Assembly (NCBI GenBank): GCA_009103225.1
Contig: RHPI01000810.1
Coordinates: 1,426,154 to 1,490,153 of the forward strand
Source: Chlorokybus atmophyticus
Lineage: Eukaryota > Plantae > Mesostigma and Chlorokybus algae
Direction of reading: 5' to 3'
Length of the DNA: 64,000 nt
The notes beneath the pieces were generated by a model. The model had not been told where the DNA came from, did no database searches, and worked only from the letters and a program-made list of their open reading frames with translations. Within the stretch, counting starts at the first letter, position 1, and the number at the start of each line of letters is the position of its first letter. Below, one piece after another: positions 12,601 to 25,830 of this stretch. Both the position numbers and the translations under genes were made by a program.

Positions 12601-15600
12601 CGACAGGACGCGCGGGTGCGGGCGCGTGAGTGCGCCCTCGCTGTCTTGAAAGGGTAAGACACATTGCGTGTGCGTGTGCATATCTTTGTGAAACAACTTT
12701 GCATGGAGGCATGTTGTGTTCACCCTCACACCTGCCTTTTATGTGCCTTGCGTGTGTTGTGGTTGGCAGCGTAAAGAGGCGGTGTTTCCTTGGGTGGAAG
12801 GACACGGTTGCAAGAAAACAGCAGCTGCGGGAGGTTGCGGTTGAAGTTGTCGGCCTCATGCATACGCATGCACGCCGACGGTAAGCACCCGGCCTAGACT
12901 CACACGCAATTACTCTTGTTGTGTGGTGATCAATCAATCACGTGACACGCACAACATGCGACGTGACAGGTTCTTCGAGTGGTGGGTGCAGCGCACACAA
13001 CACCGAATCGCCATCCGCAATGTACGCAACACATTGTGTGCATGTGGTAGTGCCACTCGAGTCGCCAACAACAAATCTCACCTGTTGTCATGCTTGCTCT
13101 CAGATCCTTGCACAGTGGCGCTCGGAGCGTCTCCGCCTCCTTCTCTCCAACACATGCGAGGCTTGGAGCACCTTTGCACACACGCGCTCCCGCAGACAGG
13201 TACATATTGTTGTTACTTGGGTCAGTTTGTTTGCTTGTTGGAGTTACCAATGAGTGTTGCATGCTGTTGTACCTGCTGATGGGTTGTTCATGTCGTCTCG
13301 CAACAACAGGCACTGCTTGAGGGATTTGTCACTGCCAAGAATGCGCGAGTGTGCAAAGTTGTGATGGAGTCGATGTATCTGCACGCGACGGTGAGTAAGA
13401 CAACACATCAATGTCGGCGCGGTTGGCATGTTGCAGGGTCCTCACGATGTCATTAAACATCATTGTGTGTACTCGTGCAGGAGAGGCGGCGCAAGAAGAG
13501 GTTGATGCAGAGGGCGCTCAAGCTTTTGGTCCTGCTGAGCATGAGCAAAGCGTTCCGGCGATGGCAAGCACTCCAACTGCAAAGGTACAGCGTGTTGGAC
13601 GGGTCACAATCATCATGGGCGAGTGCATGCAAGTGTGCGCGTGGGTGCGTGTTTGTAGTGTGACGGCTTATTTGGTATCCAGGAATCGTCTTCGGTTGTT
13701 GTTCAACCAACTGAACGGCAAGACCTCCATTCGTACAGCTGCGGTCACGTTCTCCCGTTGGCGTGCCGGCGCGTGTGTCTGCACCCGCACGCGCGTTCAG
13801 AAGGCACGCGCCGATGCGCACCGACTGCGCAAGATCGGTCCCGTGTTGATGTCGATGTGGCGCGAGTACATGCGCGAGCGACAACGCGAAGGAGGGCTCG
13901 TGGCGAAAGGACTCGAGGCGTGGGGGAAGTATGCGGAGAGAAGGTGTTTCCAACGCTGGCGAGACTTCACACACCACTACAAGGTGCATGCTAGAGCTCG
14001 TTTTTGTGCATCTGCACACATACTCTTACACACGATCGTGTATGTTGTCGCAACAAATACCCCATGAAGCTCCATGCGTACACCCATACTTGTACATCTG
14101 TTCAACAAGCAGGCACAGGTCAACACACGTGCATAATGCATCCTGTTTGGACACATTGCGTTGGACATCGTGCACGAAACTCATGCTCCATTCCCACACT
14201 CATTGCAAAGCGATTCTTCTCATCTGTGTGCAGGTGGAAGGTGCCAAAGTCCGCCACGTCGCCGCGATGTGGCACCGGCGCTTTGCGGTCTCTGCGTTCG
14301 AGCGCTGGCGCGACTTCACCGCGGAGTCAACCGACGCCAAGGATCGCATGGCCGTCGTACTGCTGCGCATGCAGAATCGCACCGCTGTCAGAGCCTTCAA
14401 CGAATGGGCCTGGTACACACACAACATCGTGTTGTGTGTGTGCGTGTGTGCATTCCTGCGCAGTTGTTTGTATGGGGTGGGGGAGATGCATGCGTGTGCG
14501 TATACATGCATGCATGTGCACGTGTGCGTGCGCGTGTGCATGTGCGTGTGCGTATGTGCGTGCGTTCATGTACGTGTGCATCTGCGTGCGCGTGCGTCTG
14601 CACGCTTACGCACGTGCAAGTGCGAGTGTATAGTGTGTAGACAAACAAATTAAAGTAGAAAGTTCTCATCAGGTTTGTGGAGTACCGACTAGGCAAGCGG
14701 GCTCAGTACGCGATGGTGGACGATCGTCGTCGCGCACGTGTGATGTCATCCTCCCTTCGCGGTTGGCATGCCGCCGTGGTGCGTATAGCCCGCTACCGTG
14801 GCGTGATTACTGCTCTCGCGGCCACTCGCCGCCGCCACCTACTCTCGCTCCTGCTGCCGTTCTGGCGACGGCATGCGAGGTGGGATGGTGTTAAAAGAAG
14901 GGTAGTGCCGCTCGCAATGGCGATATTCGCGAGAAGCGCAGGGAGGAGAGCGCTCGAAGCCCTCCGCGAACACGCCATCAAATGGTGAGTCACTGCATGT
15001 GTTGTGCATACACACGGTGTTGAAGGAGGCGCATCACATCAACAGACAATACCGCTTGATCAAGTACTTGCATGCCCAGCAGCTGGCATTGTGTGTTGGG
15101 GTTGGAAGGCTTGAATACAGGGGAGTTGGTGTATGTTGGGTTGTGCGCGCGCGCGCGTATGTGTGTGTGTGTGTGTGTGTGTGTGGTATCCGTAACGCTG
15201 TTGGTGTGTGCAGTCGGCTCAGACACCGTGCATGCCAGTTCTGGCTACAGCATTCCGTGCGTGGGATGTTGCGCCATTGGCGATCAAGCGCTCGGCGTAG
15301 TGTGCAGCTCAAGCTCGTTGTTGGCCGCTTGATGCAGAAGGTGTGTACCCGTCGTCAAGACAAAACATGTTCTGCTCTCATTGTTGACACACATTCACCC
15401 TGCATACCTGTGCCAGGTGGAAAGGAGAGAGAAGGCGAGTGCGTTGGCGTGTTGGCGTGTTGGTGCGGGCGTTGTGATGGAGAGGCGAGCAGTGATGTTG
15501 ACAGCGTTGCGGCATTGGGCGATGGCGTGCCAACGTCGTTGCTTGAAACAATGGCGTGAGTACATCTCCTCTCAACGCAGCAAAGAGTCCCGCACCTTAT

Positions 15601-18600
15601 CAGCACTCAAGTTGTGGAGCGCCCACTCGCAAAGGGCGTGTTTCAACACGTGGAAGGCGCATGTTGGATTGCGAAGAGTTGAAAGCCGCGCACTCGATGG
15701 ACGGCGTGTCCACATTATGAGGCGAGCGTATCTATGTTGGAGCGAGTTTGTCCTTGCGAGGGCAACAAAGCATGCGGGGCTTGCGCGTGCACATCATCAT
15801 CGAACCCACGCTGTGTTACGCCGAGTGTTGTCAATGTGGCGGACCCGTGCAATGCGTCAAAATGCGTTGAGACAACGGCTCAGCATGCGTCTGGCGTTTG
15901 TGTCACGCCGGTGGCAAATGTCCACATATTTGGCTTGGAAGCACTTTGTCACGCTGCGTCGACACAAGAACGCGCAAGCCAACTGTGCGCGCGCAGCGTG
16001 GGCACGTCGCACGTGCGGGAGAGTTGTGAGAGCATGGCAAGCGCACACCAACGCATGTCGCCGGGCAATGAGACACAACAACAACAAGCGGCTCACGTTG
16101 TGCGTGCGTAGCTGGCAGCACTTCACTGCCGTGCGCAGATACAACAACGCGCTGCGCACGCGTGCATCAAAGTACCACTCACGCCAGTACATGCGGCACG
16201 CGATGCACGCGTGGCGCCAACGCGTGTACCTCGCACGCCACATCAAGCGCTGCGTGCTCCGCATCATCAACGTCACGCTGGGGAGAGCGTTTGCGCGTTG
16301 GGTTTCCCATGCGCGTGAGCGTAAGGCACTGCGTGACCACGCTTGCATTGTTGTCAGGCGCTGGAGCGCACTTCCGCTTGCTCAAGCGTTTCATACATGG
16401 CGAGACAACATGCATGAGTAAGTTGTTGTTGTGTATCTAGTCTAGTGTCCCATGTGCACACGTCAATGTGCATAGTGTGTTACGCCACATCGCTAACTCT
16501 TGCATGTGTGATTGCAGTCGCATCACCGCCACGTACTTGGTGAGCAAGAGTCTTCACTGCTGGGTACACAACAACACGGTACACAGCAACACACACTCTC
16601 GGTCACGCATATATGTGTACACGCCATTCGCGGTGTTACTCACATGCTCTGTTGCATGCAGCTCCCAGCGTTTCAGCAATGGCGTGCATACGCAACAGAC
16701 CGTGCGCACGCACGCCAAGTTGTCAGCCACGTCATCTGGCGTTGGCAGCACAAGTTGCTCACGGGTGTGATGCATGTGTGGCGTGCCCACGCGCGCGTGC
16801 GTGCGGAGCAGAAAGCACACCTTCGCGCCGTGATGATGCGTTGGGTCTTGATGGACCTCGCGCACGCGTTCGCAGCGTTGAAAGCCACGTGGCTTGCACG
16901 TAAGGCCGCACGCGCGTGTATTGGATGGATCGTCGCACCCGCACGAGCAGCAGCATTCCACACGTGGCGAGATGGCGTGCAAGAGTCCATGCGTGTGAGG
17001 CGAGTGGTGAAGTGTGCGGTGTATAGGTGGCAACACCCTAATGCTGCGGCTGCGTTCAACACGTGGCGTGTACGCGTCGATGAACAAGCTTACAATCGCT
17101 GCGTACTTGAACGCGCCGTACGCGAATGGATGGTATGAATGCACACAGGTTCCAACTTCTTACGCACATGCACACGCACGCGCACATTGACATACTTACA
17201 AATGCGTGCACCCACGCACACGTTTGTATGCGCACCCACATGAGCATGTATGTGCACGTGCGCATGCACAGACTGTACATGCGCACACACGCGCACGCAC
17301 GTACGTGCACGCCCTGACTTACCCAACAAACCCTGACTGGGTCCCCCTTCCACACAGTTTCCAGCCCGTGCCTCTGCCTTCTTCCGCTGGCGCCTGTCTG
17401 TCTCCCGCTCGCGTTCAGTGCGTGCGTGCGCCGCATCAGCTTTGCAACGCTGGCGTCAGATCACGCAGATCGTGGCCTTTGGAAGATGGAAGGAGCGCAC
17501 GCAGGAGGCGAAACGAGTGAGGGAGACGGCGAGAGGATGCGTGGCGGCGTGGCAGAAGCCAGAAGTGGCCAAGGTGAGGGGAGCGTTGTTGTTTTTATCG
17601 TCTTTGTTGTTGTTGTTCTGTTGGTGTTGTTGTTCTGGTCATCATCGTTGTTGTCAGCCTGCACAATTACATCAGACACAACCACCACCACAATATTGCG
17701 GAGCATTGTCGTTGTATTTGTTGTTCTTGGGGTTTTGGTGTCTCAACTGTTTTCCCACAACAAATTCGCTTGTTCATTACCAGTCTAGCCTGAAGCTTGA
17801 CTCTTGTCACCACTTAGGCCCTGCGCACATGGCGTGCCTTCCCTCCCCTTCTCCACGCCCTCCGTCTCGCTCTCCACCGTTGGCGTGTTGGCCCTTCCCT
17901 CTCTTCCGCCTTCTCCCGCTGGTCCACTTTCACCACAGAGCGCGTGCGTGCCGTTACGTTGGCTGCGCGAGTTTTGTCGGCCTGGACCAACGCGCCCGCC
18001 GCGAGGGCGTACAGGACGTGGGCGACCAACGTGGAGTGGAGGAGGGAGAGGAGGGAGGTCGGGGCGAAGGTGGTGAGGAGGTGGAGGGCGGGGGAGGTGG
18101 CGAAGGCGTTCGATGGATGGCGAGAAGGAGCACGCGAGGTGAGGACAAACACACATCGTTGCTTATGGTTCAATGCACACGTGGTTTGTGAGGCTTGATG
18201 TTATGGTGGCTGCATAGTACCATGACCTTAAGCCCCACAGAAAGTACGTGCGTGTCACGTGTGGGGTCTGGGGCTTGCAGCCTAGCGCTATTCTGGGGAG
18301 TTCATGGTGCTTTATGCCCGGTAATCTATAACCCCACACAACCAACATGCGCGTGTGCGTGTGCATGTGCGGCTGTAACATGGTCCTGTGGTCAAGTCAT
18401 CTGACTGGCACATCTGTGCACTGTGCAGCGCAAGCGTCAGCTGGCCTCAGCCCGTCGCGCCCTCTCCTCCTGGCACTCTCCTCTCCTGTCCCGCTCCTTC
18501 TCTCGTTGGCACCACATCACCACTTCATCCCACACTTCTCGTCTCCTCGTCTCCCATTCCCTTACACGCTGGCTCAACCTGCCCGCCGCGCGCGCCCTGA

Positions 18601-21600
18601 CTGCGTGGGCAGATAATGTGATGGTGCGGAAGGAGGGTAGGAGGGTGGCTGTTAAGGTTGTGTCGAGGATGAAGCAGGGGATAGTGTGGAAAGCGTGGGG
18701 ACAGTGGAGGGATGTGTGGATGGCGAAGCGAAACGATAGGAACAACGAGGAGGTGTGTGCACGCGCGCGCGTGTGTATGTGTGTTCGTGTGTGCGCATGG
18801 GTGTGCGTGTTTCTTTGATGCACGCTTCTGACATGTTGGTACATGGGCCTAAATCAGGTTGCTGCCGATTTTGCACGCCAGAGGCGTGTGCATCGGACGT
18901 TCCGAGCTTGGCATGAAGATGCGAGGTGTGAATGCAATAGACACACATGCATTCTAGCAACGTGGGTATGTCCTTTGCACATCACATACAACGACTGTGT
19001 GTTTGCAGGAGAGAGGCGAGAGAGCGGCGACTGAAGCGCAGGGTGTTGCTGATGCTGACCAAGGGTGCGATGGTGTGTGCGTGGCGGGCGTGGCGGGACC
19101 GCGTTGACGCACGGCATGCGCGGTTCCTTGCCATCAAACGCCTCGTGCAGCGAGCCATGCATCCCGTACTGGCCGAAACCTTCCTTGCTTGGAGATATCC
19201 TTTACAACACCTATGGCTGATACATTAGCTATCGTGCACGCATGCACACATTATACACACATACACAACCACACACACACATGCACACTGCGCGTGGTTA
19301 TGTGCAAGCGCACATGTGCATTCAGGTATACCAACATGCGCAACACGCACTGACAGGCACATTAACACACAAGCACGTGCTGGTGTTGGGTTCCTTGACT
19401 GCATCTCTGTCTCCACGGCTCGAGTCGATGCCGCAAGCAAGGTCAAGTTCGGCTTGGCACGCTATGATCAGCGTCTGCTGCGTTCATGCATCATCGCATT
19501 CCGTCTCAACATCACCACCAACGAGGTGAGGCAACACCCAACACATATCCACACATCCGCGTACGCAGTCAATGTGGCATTCTTGCTGATGCTGTGTTGC
19601 CAGGTGGGAAGGTGCGCGATAAGGAGGATGAAGGCACCCCTTGTCACCAAGGCTTTCAACGCGTGGCGTGACAGAGTGGGCGTGTCGGTCCCTTTGCAAT
19701 CCCGCGTGGCGCACTTGCGCGCCCGCGTGGACATCCGTCGCGCGATGAGGAGCGATGTTGCGTGGGCTTGTTTGCTAAACCATCCCGCTCGAGCGAGGAG
19801 AGTGGAACAGTATCTCTTATGTGGCAAAGAGAGGGAGCTCGCGCTCGCATTTGATGCGTGGATGGAGCATAGAGAGCGCATGCAAGCCGTGAGAACGGTC
19901 GTTCAGGTGATAACAGACACAACGCTCCGATACGCGTGGCGCATGTGGCGCACACGGGTTGATAGCAAAGCAGCCATGAGGACATCCATTGAACAGGTAC
20001 ACATGCTAAGAGTATGCAGTTCTGATGTTGTTGAGGTCAATCACAAGCACGCAGGTGTGCGCACACACGCAAATACACACGTGCGCCCACATCTGCACGC
20101 GCACTCGCACGCACACGTGCGCGCACACACACACTTTTCTCTCTGTTTGCGCGTGTGTAGATGAGCACCCTGCTGGCAGACCGCGACAACGCACACTTAC
20201 TTGCAAGTGCCACACGTGCGCTATCACACTGGCGCGACCAACAGCTATCCACCGCGCTGCGGAGCTGGGTATCGTATACCCGCGCGCGTCTCCGCAAGCG
20301 TGCCAACATGCTTGCGGCGTGCGACTTTCAAGACCGAATGCGCGCCCAACGCGCTATGCAGTGCTGGCAATGTGCCGTGGCGATCGTGCGATTGCGGCGG
20401 CAAGCACTCCTACACTATGTCCACACATTGCGCTGTAAGCACATATGTGTGGATGCGATATTACATGATGTGGGGGTACTGTTCTTGCTGTTTACGTGTG
20501 TGTTGCAACAAGCTCAACACAAATCACTTGACCTCACCACACATGCCACCTCATGTATTGAACCCAACAGAACATGCTCACCAAGTCATTTCGCATTGTC
20601 TCACATGTTGTCTCATGCAGCACGCGCATTCGATGCGTGGCGAGAGGTGTGTGCGCTGCGTCAACAACAGCGTGCTCGCAAGCGCGTGGCAATCGCACAT
20701 TTCAACGCAACGCTCTGCCGTTCACACTTCCTCACATGGTGCACGCTCACACCATCGCTGCGGTACCAACGCGAGCGTGTCGAACACGCCGTGCGCACGC
20801 ACACGTCGCGCATGTGCAAGCGTGTCATGTTGGCGTGGCGTGACTACACACGCAAGCGTGTGGCGAAGAAGGAGAGCGTGTTGCGTGTGAAGAGAGGGGT
20901 TGAGGTTGGCATGTTGAGGCGGTGCTTCACGTCGTGGCGTGTGCGCGCACGTAACAGACGTGTTGGCGATCTTGCACTCGGGCGCACGAAGAAGAATAGG
21001 CAGTTGTGTGTGGTGTTCTGCGCGTGGCGCGCACGCACGCAGCACAAAGGCGTGGATTATCAGGTACGCAAGTAGAGCGCTATGTACATCAAACATGCAA
21101 CCTTGCAAAGGTGTGCATGCTTTGCACATCTTATGCATAGTGCATTGATGCATAGTGTCTCAAAGGAGCAGAACAAACATCACTTGAGATTCCAGCAACT
21201 GGCAAATCGTATGCACACGCAAGGCAGCGCATGCATTACAGTACAGACCTATACGTGTGTGTGTGTATATATGATTGCGCGCGTGCTTGCGCGCACATGC
21301 ACGTGGGTGTGCGTGTGTGCGTACTTGTGCAAGTGCGCACACATGCACAAGCATGCGTATGTGCACCTGGGCATGTGCGCGCATGTCTTTGTGTGTGTGG
21401 GTGGGTGCGTGTGGGTGCGGGTGCGTGTGCGTGTATGTGTGTGCGCGCGTGCGTTCAGGTAGTTGACAGCGCTCGTGCAGGGTCCGCTACTGCAGCAGCG
21501 TGTGCTGGCCGCCTGGCGCTCGCACACGCGTCACGCAGCTCGCCTCCAGCTTGTGTTCCGCGCGGCCGGCGACACGCTCACTCACAGCAGCGGAGGCGTC

Positions 21601-24600
21601 GCGTCCTCGACAAAGGCGTGCTTTTACACCTGGCGCGCGAACGTGAGGGCCGCGGCGCGCACCAAACGCACCGCACGACGCGCGATCGCGAGATGGGTGT
21701 GTGCGATGGAAGGGAGGGCGTTTGCTACGTGGCACGCCAAAGTGGACAAGGTGGGTGGTTCTTGATGTGCACGTGTGCGTGTTATGTACTCTTTTTGGCA
21801 TGTGCCTGTGCGTGTTCGTGTTCTTGTTCTTGTTCGAGTGCGTGTGCGTGAGTGTACAGGCATGTGCGTGTGTGCGTGCGTCTGTATGTTCGTATGTGTC
21901 ACCTTTGGCACGTGGTTCTGCACTGCTTGCACGACGAGTGTACTTACATGCACGCCTGTCATTACTTGTAGAAGCAAACATTGGCAGCAAGGCTCCACCT
22001 GTACAATTGCGAGCGCCGCGCCTCGCAACTCGCTCACGCCTTTGCCGCGCTCAACGCGTACCGCGCTGCTAGGGCGCGTGCACGCTCTCTCATGCACGCC
22101 ATTGTGGTGCGGTGGTCGCAACCCAGCGAACACAAGGCCTTTACCCGATGGTAAGCACAAGATAAGAATATGCTCTGTTGATAGTGCAGTTCCATCAATG
22201 GAGACACACACTCACTGTGCATGTGCGTGTGATGTGATATAGTTACAGGCACTTTTGTGGGGATGGTGACAGAGGTGATCGTGTGCACATACGCATGCTT
22301 GTGTATGTGTACGCACATCCGTGTGTGTGTGTGTGTGTGCATGTGCGCGCACACGCGCATGCGCATATTTACGCGCATGCATGCTCACGCACATACACGC
22401 GCACACACATGTGTGGATGTCATCTACCCACGTTACCCTTTGCTGCATGTGCAGGTATGAGTGGACATCAGAGCGCATCAATGCTCGCCGGCTTCTGCAA
22501 GCTTCTCTCCACTGCTGGCGCTTCGTGCGCGAGCACGAGGCGCTTCGCTGTTGGCGCGAGCGCGTTGTTGACGAGCGCCAACGCAAGGCTGTCACCGGGC
22601 GGGTTGCGGCCAACATGATGCACCCGCTGCTGGCTCGAGCGCTCAGAGGGCTCAAAGACCACGTCACGAAGCAGCGAGAAGCTCATGCGTTCGCACGTGC
22701 GAGCCTGCTCAGGTGGCAATCGATTGGCGTGGTGACGGCGTTCGACCATTGGTGTGAACACACTACTCGCAGCACTCGCATCAGGTAGATATTGTGCCCA
22801 TCAACACACACGCACACATACACACACAGGTGATATATGCAGGCTGACGCGCACTTGCACACGCATGTCCACACATGCGCGCAGACACAAACACAGAGCA
22901 TCGTAGACATCAATGTACTGTTGCAGAGCTTAAGGTAACTGCTAGCGGAGCAAACTTGATGAGTGCATGCTTGTGTGCAGGCAAGTTGCGGAAGGTGGAG
23001 CCATGAGGCTGTTGTATCTTCCACTCTCTCGAGCCTGGAATGCGTGGGTGGCGACCGTGCGTGCCCAACGTGCGAGGGAGGAAGCCCTCCTCCACTACAC
23101 GCTGCTGCGATGGCGGCGTGGGGTGCAGGGTTGCTTTGTTGCTTGGCGTGAGCGCGCACAGAAATCAGCAGAGATGAGAGGAGTGCTCGCACCATATGTT
23201 GGCACGTGGGCCCATGCAGACATCGCACCAGCCTGGCGACAGGTCTGTTTGATTTAGTTGTGTGTTTGCGCACAAGAGTGTCGCTACCTGTGGGTTGATG
23301 GCAAGGCATACTGTAAGTGGCTGATAGTGGTGTTGGTCTGTTTAGTGGGTGTGGTGGACGCGTGCCATAACAGCTGCAAGGCGTGTGGCAATCGCATTCA
23401 AGCACTCCAATGAGCTCAAGGTAAGCAGCTATGACCGCTGCTCAAAGCTACTTACTTGTGTAGCAGTATATGTGTGGTTCTCCTATATAACCCAACATAT
23501 CCATTCAATGGCAGGCCTTCCATGCGTGGCGGAACTTCTGTCTTATGCGCAGTGCCGTGCGCACACTCGCACAGTACAGCAGCATAGTGCTCTCTCAGCG
23601 CTGGCAGCGGTGGCAGCTGCTGGTGCAGCTAAGGCGTGAACGGCGTGCCAACATTGCCATTGCCCGGGACACGCACCACTGCTCCCTTGCGCGCAAGAGC
23701 CTTCTCGTCTGGAAGGAATGGACTCAGCTGCTTCACAGGCTGCGCACGTACCTGCAAGGTGGTCTGCGCGCACGCCTTGCAAGCGCTTTCTCGGCCTGGC
23801 ATGAGTACACGCTTTACCAGTAAGTATGTGTAAGATAGAGAGACAAACAATACTCGAGGCATTGCCGCACTGATTGAGCCTTTGTGTGTCTTTGCTTCTG
23901 GCAGGAAGCAATTGGTGCTGACGGGGAGTATGTTGGCTCTGCGTCGGCGAGTGCGCTTGCAATCAAGCACCATGAAGGATTGGAGGTTTCTTGCGCGCTC
24001 TGAGCGACACTGGCGACTTGGCGTACTCAGGAAGACTTGGGGGGTGAGTTGCTGGTGGTTGTGGCTACATTATTAGCGCTCCCTTCTGTGCATGCGTGCA
24101 TGTGTGCGCTTGTGTGTGTGTGCGCTCATGTGCAGATGTGTTATGAATCAGGAGCTTGCGCTTTATGCCACGGCCAAGTCGTTGGCAAGGCAGAAGCAAG
24201 AGATGGCTCGGCGCATCATCGACTCGGGCCTGCAGTCCCGGGTGCTGCGGCACTGGAGCAGGTGCAAAGCCTCTGATGATGGTGCTGATGTGTTCACTCT
24301 GTGCGCGTTTGTCTGTCCAACCAACATGGCTAATGCCATTCGTATCATGAGCAGCACTACACGCGAGCTTGTGTATCGGCGAGAACAGTATCTGCATCGC
24401 AAGCGACTCATGCAGGACGCTCTAACACGCGGAGATGCAACGTGCGTGTTACTACCTCTGCTCAGTAGTTGTTGTATGTTGGTCTTCGCATTCCAGTGCA
24501 TTGACTTTATCATGTGCTCAGGGTGAAGCGCAGGAAGATGCAGCTTGTTACCTTTGCGTTCAGCGAATGGGCAAGAGTGGTCAAACTCTACAGCAAGATG

Positions 24601-25796
24601 CGCGCGTACACGCAAAGGAGGGCTCTGAAGTTGGGCAAGCGCGCGTGGCAACAATGGAGGACTTACATTCATTGCCGCCGAGAGCTGGCTGTCAGGACCC
24701 AACATGCTGCCCAATACTCTGAGCACACGCTTCTGCGCCGCTCGTTGGCAGAGTGGAAACGCAATCTGGAACCGGTCATGAGCACAACGAGAGCCAAGCG
24801 CAGTTTGGCCGACGAGTTCGCCAACGCATTGGTCGCTGAACACGCATTCAAGGCGTGGAAAGACCATCATGAGAGGACTCAAACTCTCCTATTGGGACTT
24901 CATAAGGTGCGAGTGTGTTTGTCGTCATATCGCTATGAAGCTACATAAAAAGATGTTGTGTTCTGTCGTCTTTGCTTACTCTGGAGCTGTGCAGTGCTTT
25001 GAGAAAATTCAGGTCACAGAGAACCGTTTACACATGCAGCACGCGATGCAAGAGTGGCGCGGTTTGTTGGCACGAAAGTAAGCAATACAACCATCATGAC
25101 AAGCATGGCCAAGTGGTGCTGCAGCTGTGACCAAACGCACCATTCTTGCAGGGACTTGCATGAAAGGCAGCTTGAGAAGGCGAGGATCAGGCTCTCATAC
25201 CTGCTCCTCCGCAACACGTTCACACACTGGCAAACATTCGTGTCAGCTGCGGCTGCGGTTGGGTCAGACAAGGGGTTTGGCAGGCAAGGTGAAAGGGAAG
25301 AGTTTTCTACACCTGCAATGCATGTTGGAAGGGGAACAGCTTTATCGGCCCTGGCACCCTTGTCAGATGTACAGCGCTGGATGCACAACTCCCTGGATGC
25401 TTATGAGCAGGTATGTGTGAATCAACCGAGCGCCTGCTGGTAGTTGCTATCAACAACCTTGCCTGCTATGCGCTTGCATGCTTCAATTGCAATTAAAACA
25501 CATACACTGCTCAATCCTTCATGATTACATCAGAGTGGCAATTTTGTGTGCAAGTTGAACAATACTTCACGACCGAGCCATTTGCATTAAACATCTCGCG
25601 CATGTGCGAAGTCCAACCTGCTGGTCACTCACAGGTGACACCCATCACGCCCATGGACGTGCAGACCCCAAGGAGCTTTATTGGTAGCGACTCGGGGCGT
25701 TCAGACCGCTCCACTCTGCTCAGTGACTGGTCCGGCATGCTCGGCAATCACGCTCGGCGCCTGCAAGCACTGCACGCCAGACGGGCCACACGCTAG
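9617..25796 (+). CDS. SFI1: Very large multi-exon Sfi1-repeat (centrin-binding) protein; probable start ATG 9617, alternative in-frame ATG 10105
   Basis: Dozens of ~33-aa A/R-rich helical repeats ending in [FL]xxW[RK] (AFSRW, AFHTWR, CFQRWR, SFQRWR). N-terminal LRAYDSVLKSHGL..DTRFYRYLLRL resembles fungal and algal Sfi1 N-termini. Consistent GT-AG exon chain ending ARRATR* at 25796. Confidence 0.83.
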
Positions 25797-25830
25797 ACAG
25801 AGACAAGTGCTGTGCATAGTAAGGGTTCAA

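Noticed and set aside
9624-24882. Many overlapping C/V/H/T/A/R-rich ORFs on both strands across SFI1
   Set aside because: Translations of GT/GC/AC dinucleotide-rich introns, or antisense shadows of SFI1 exons.
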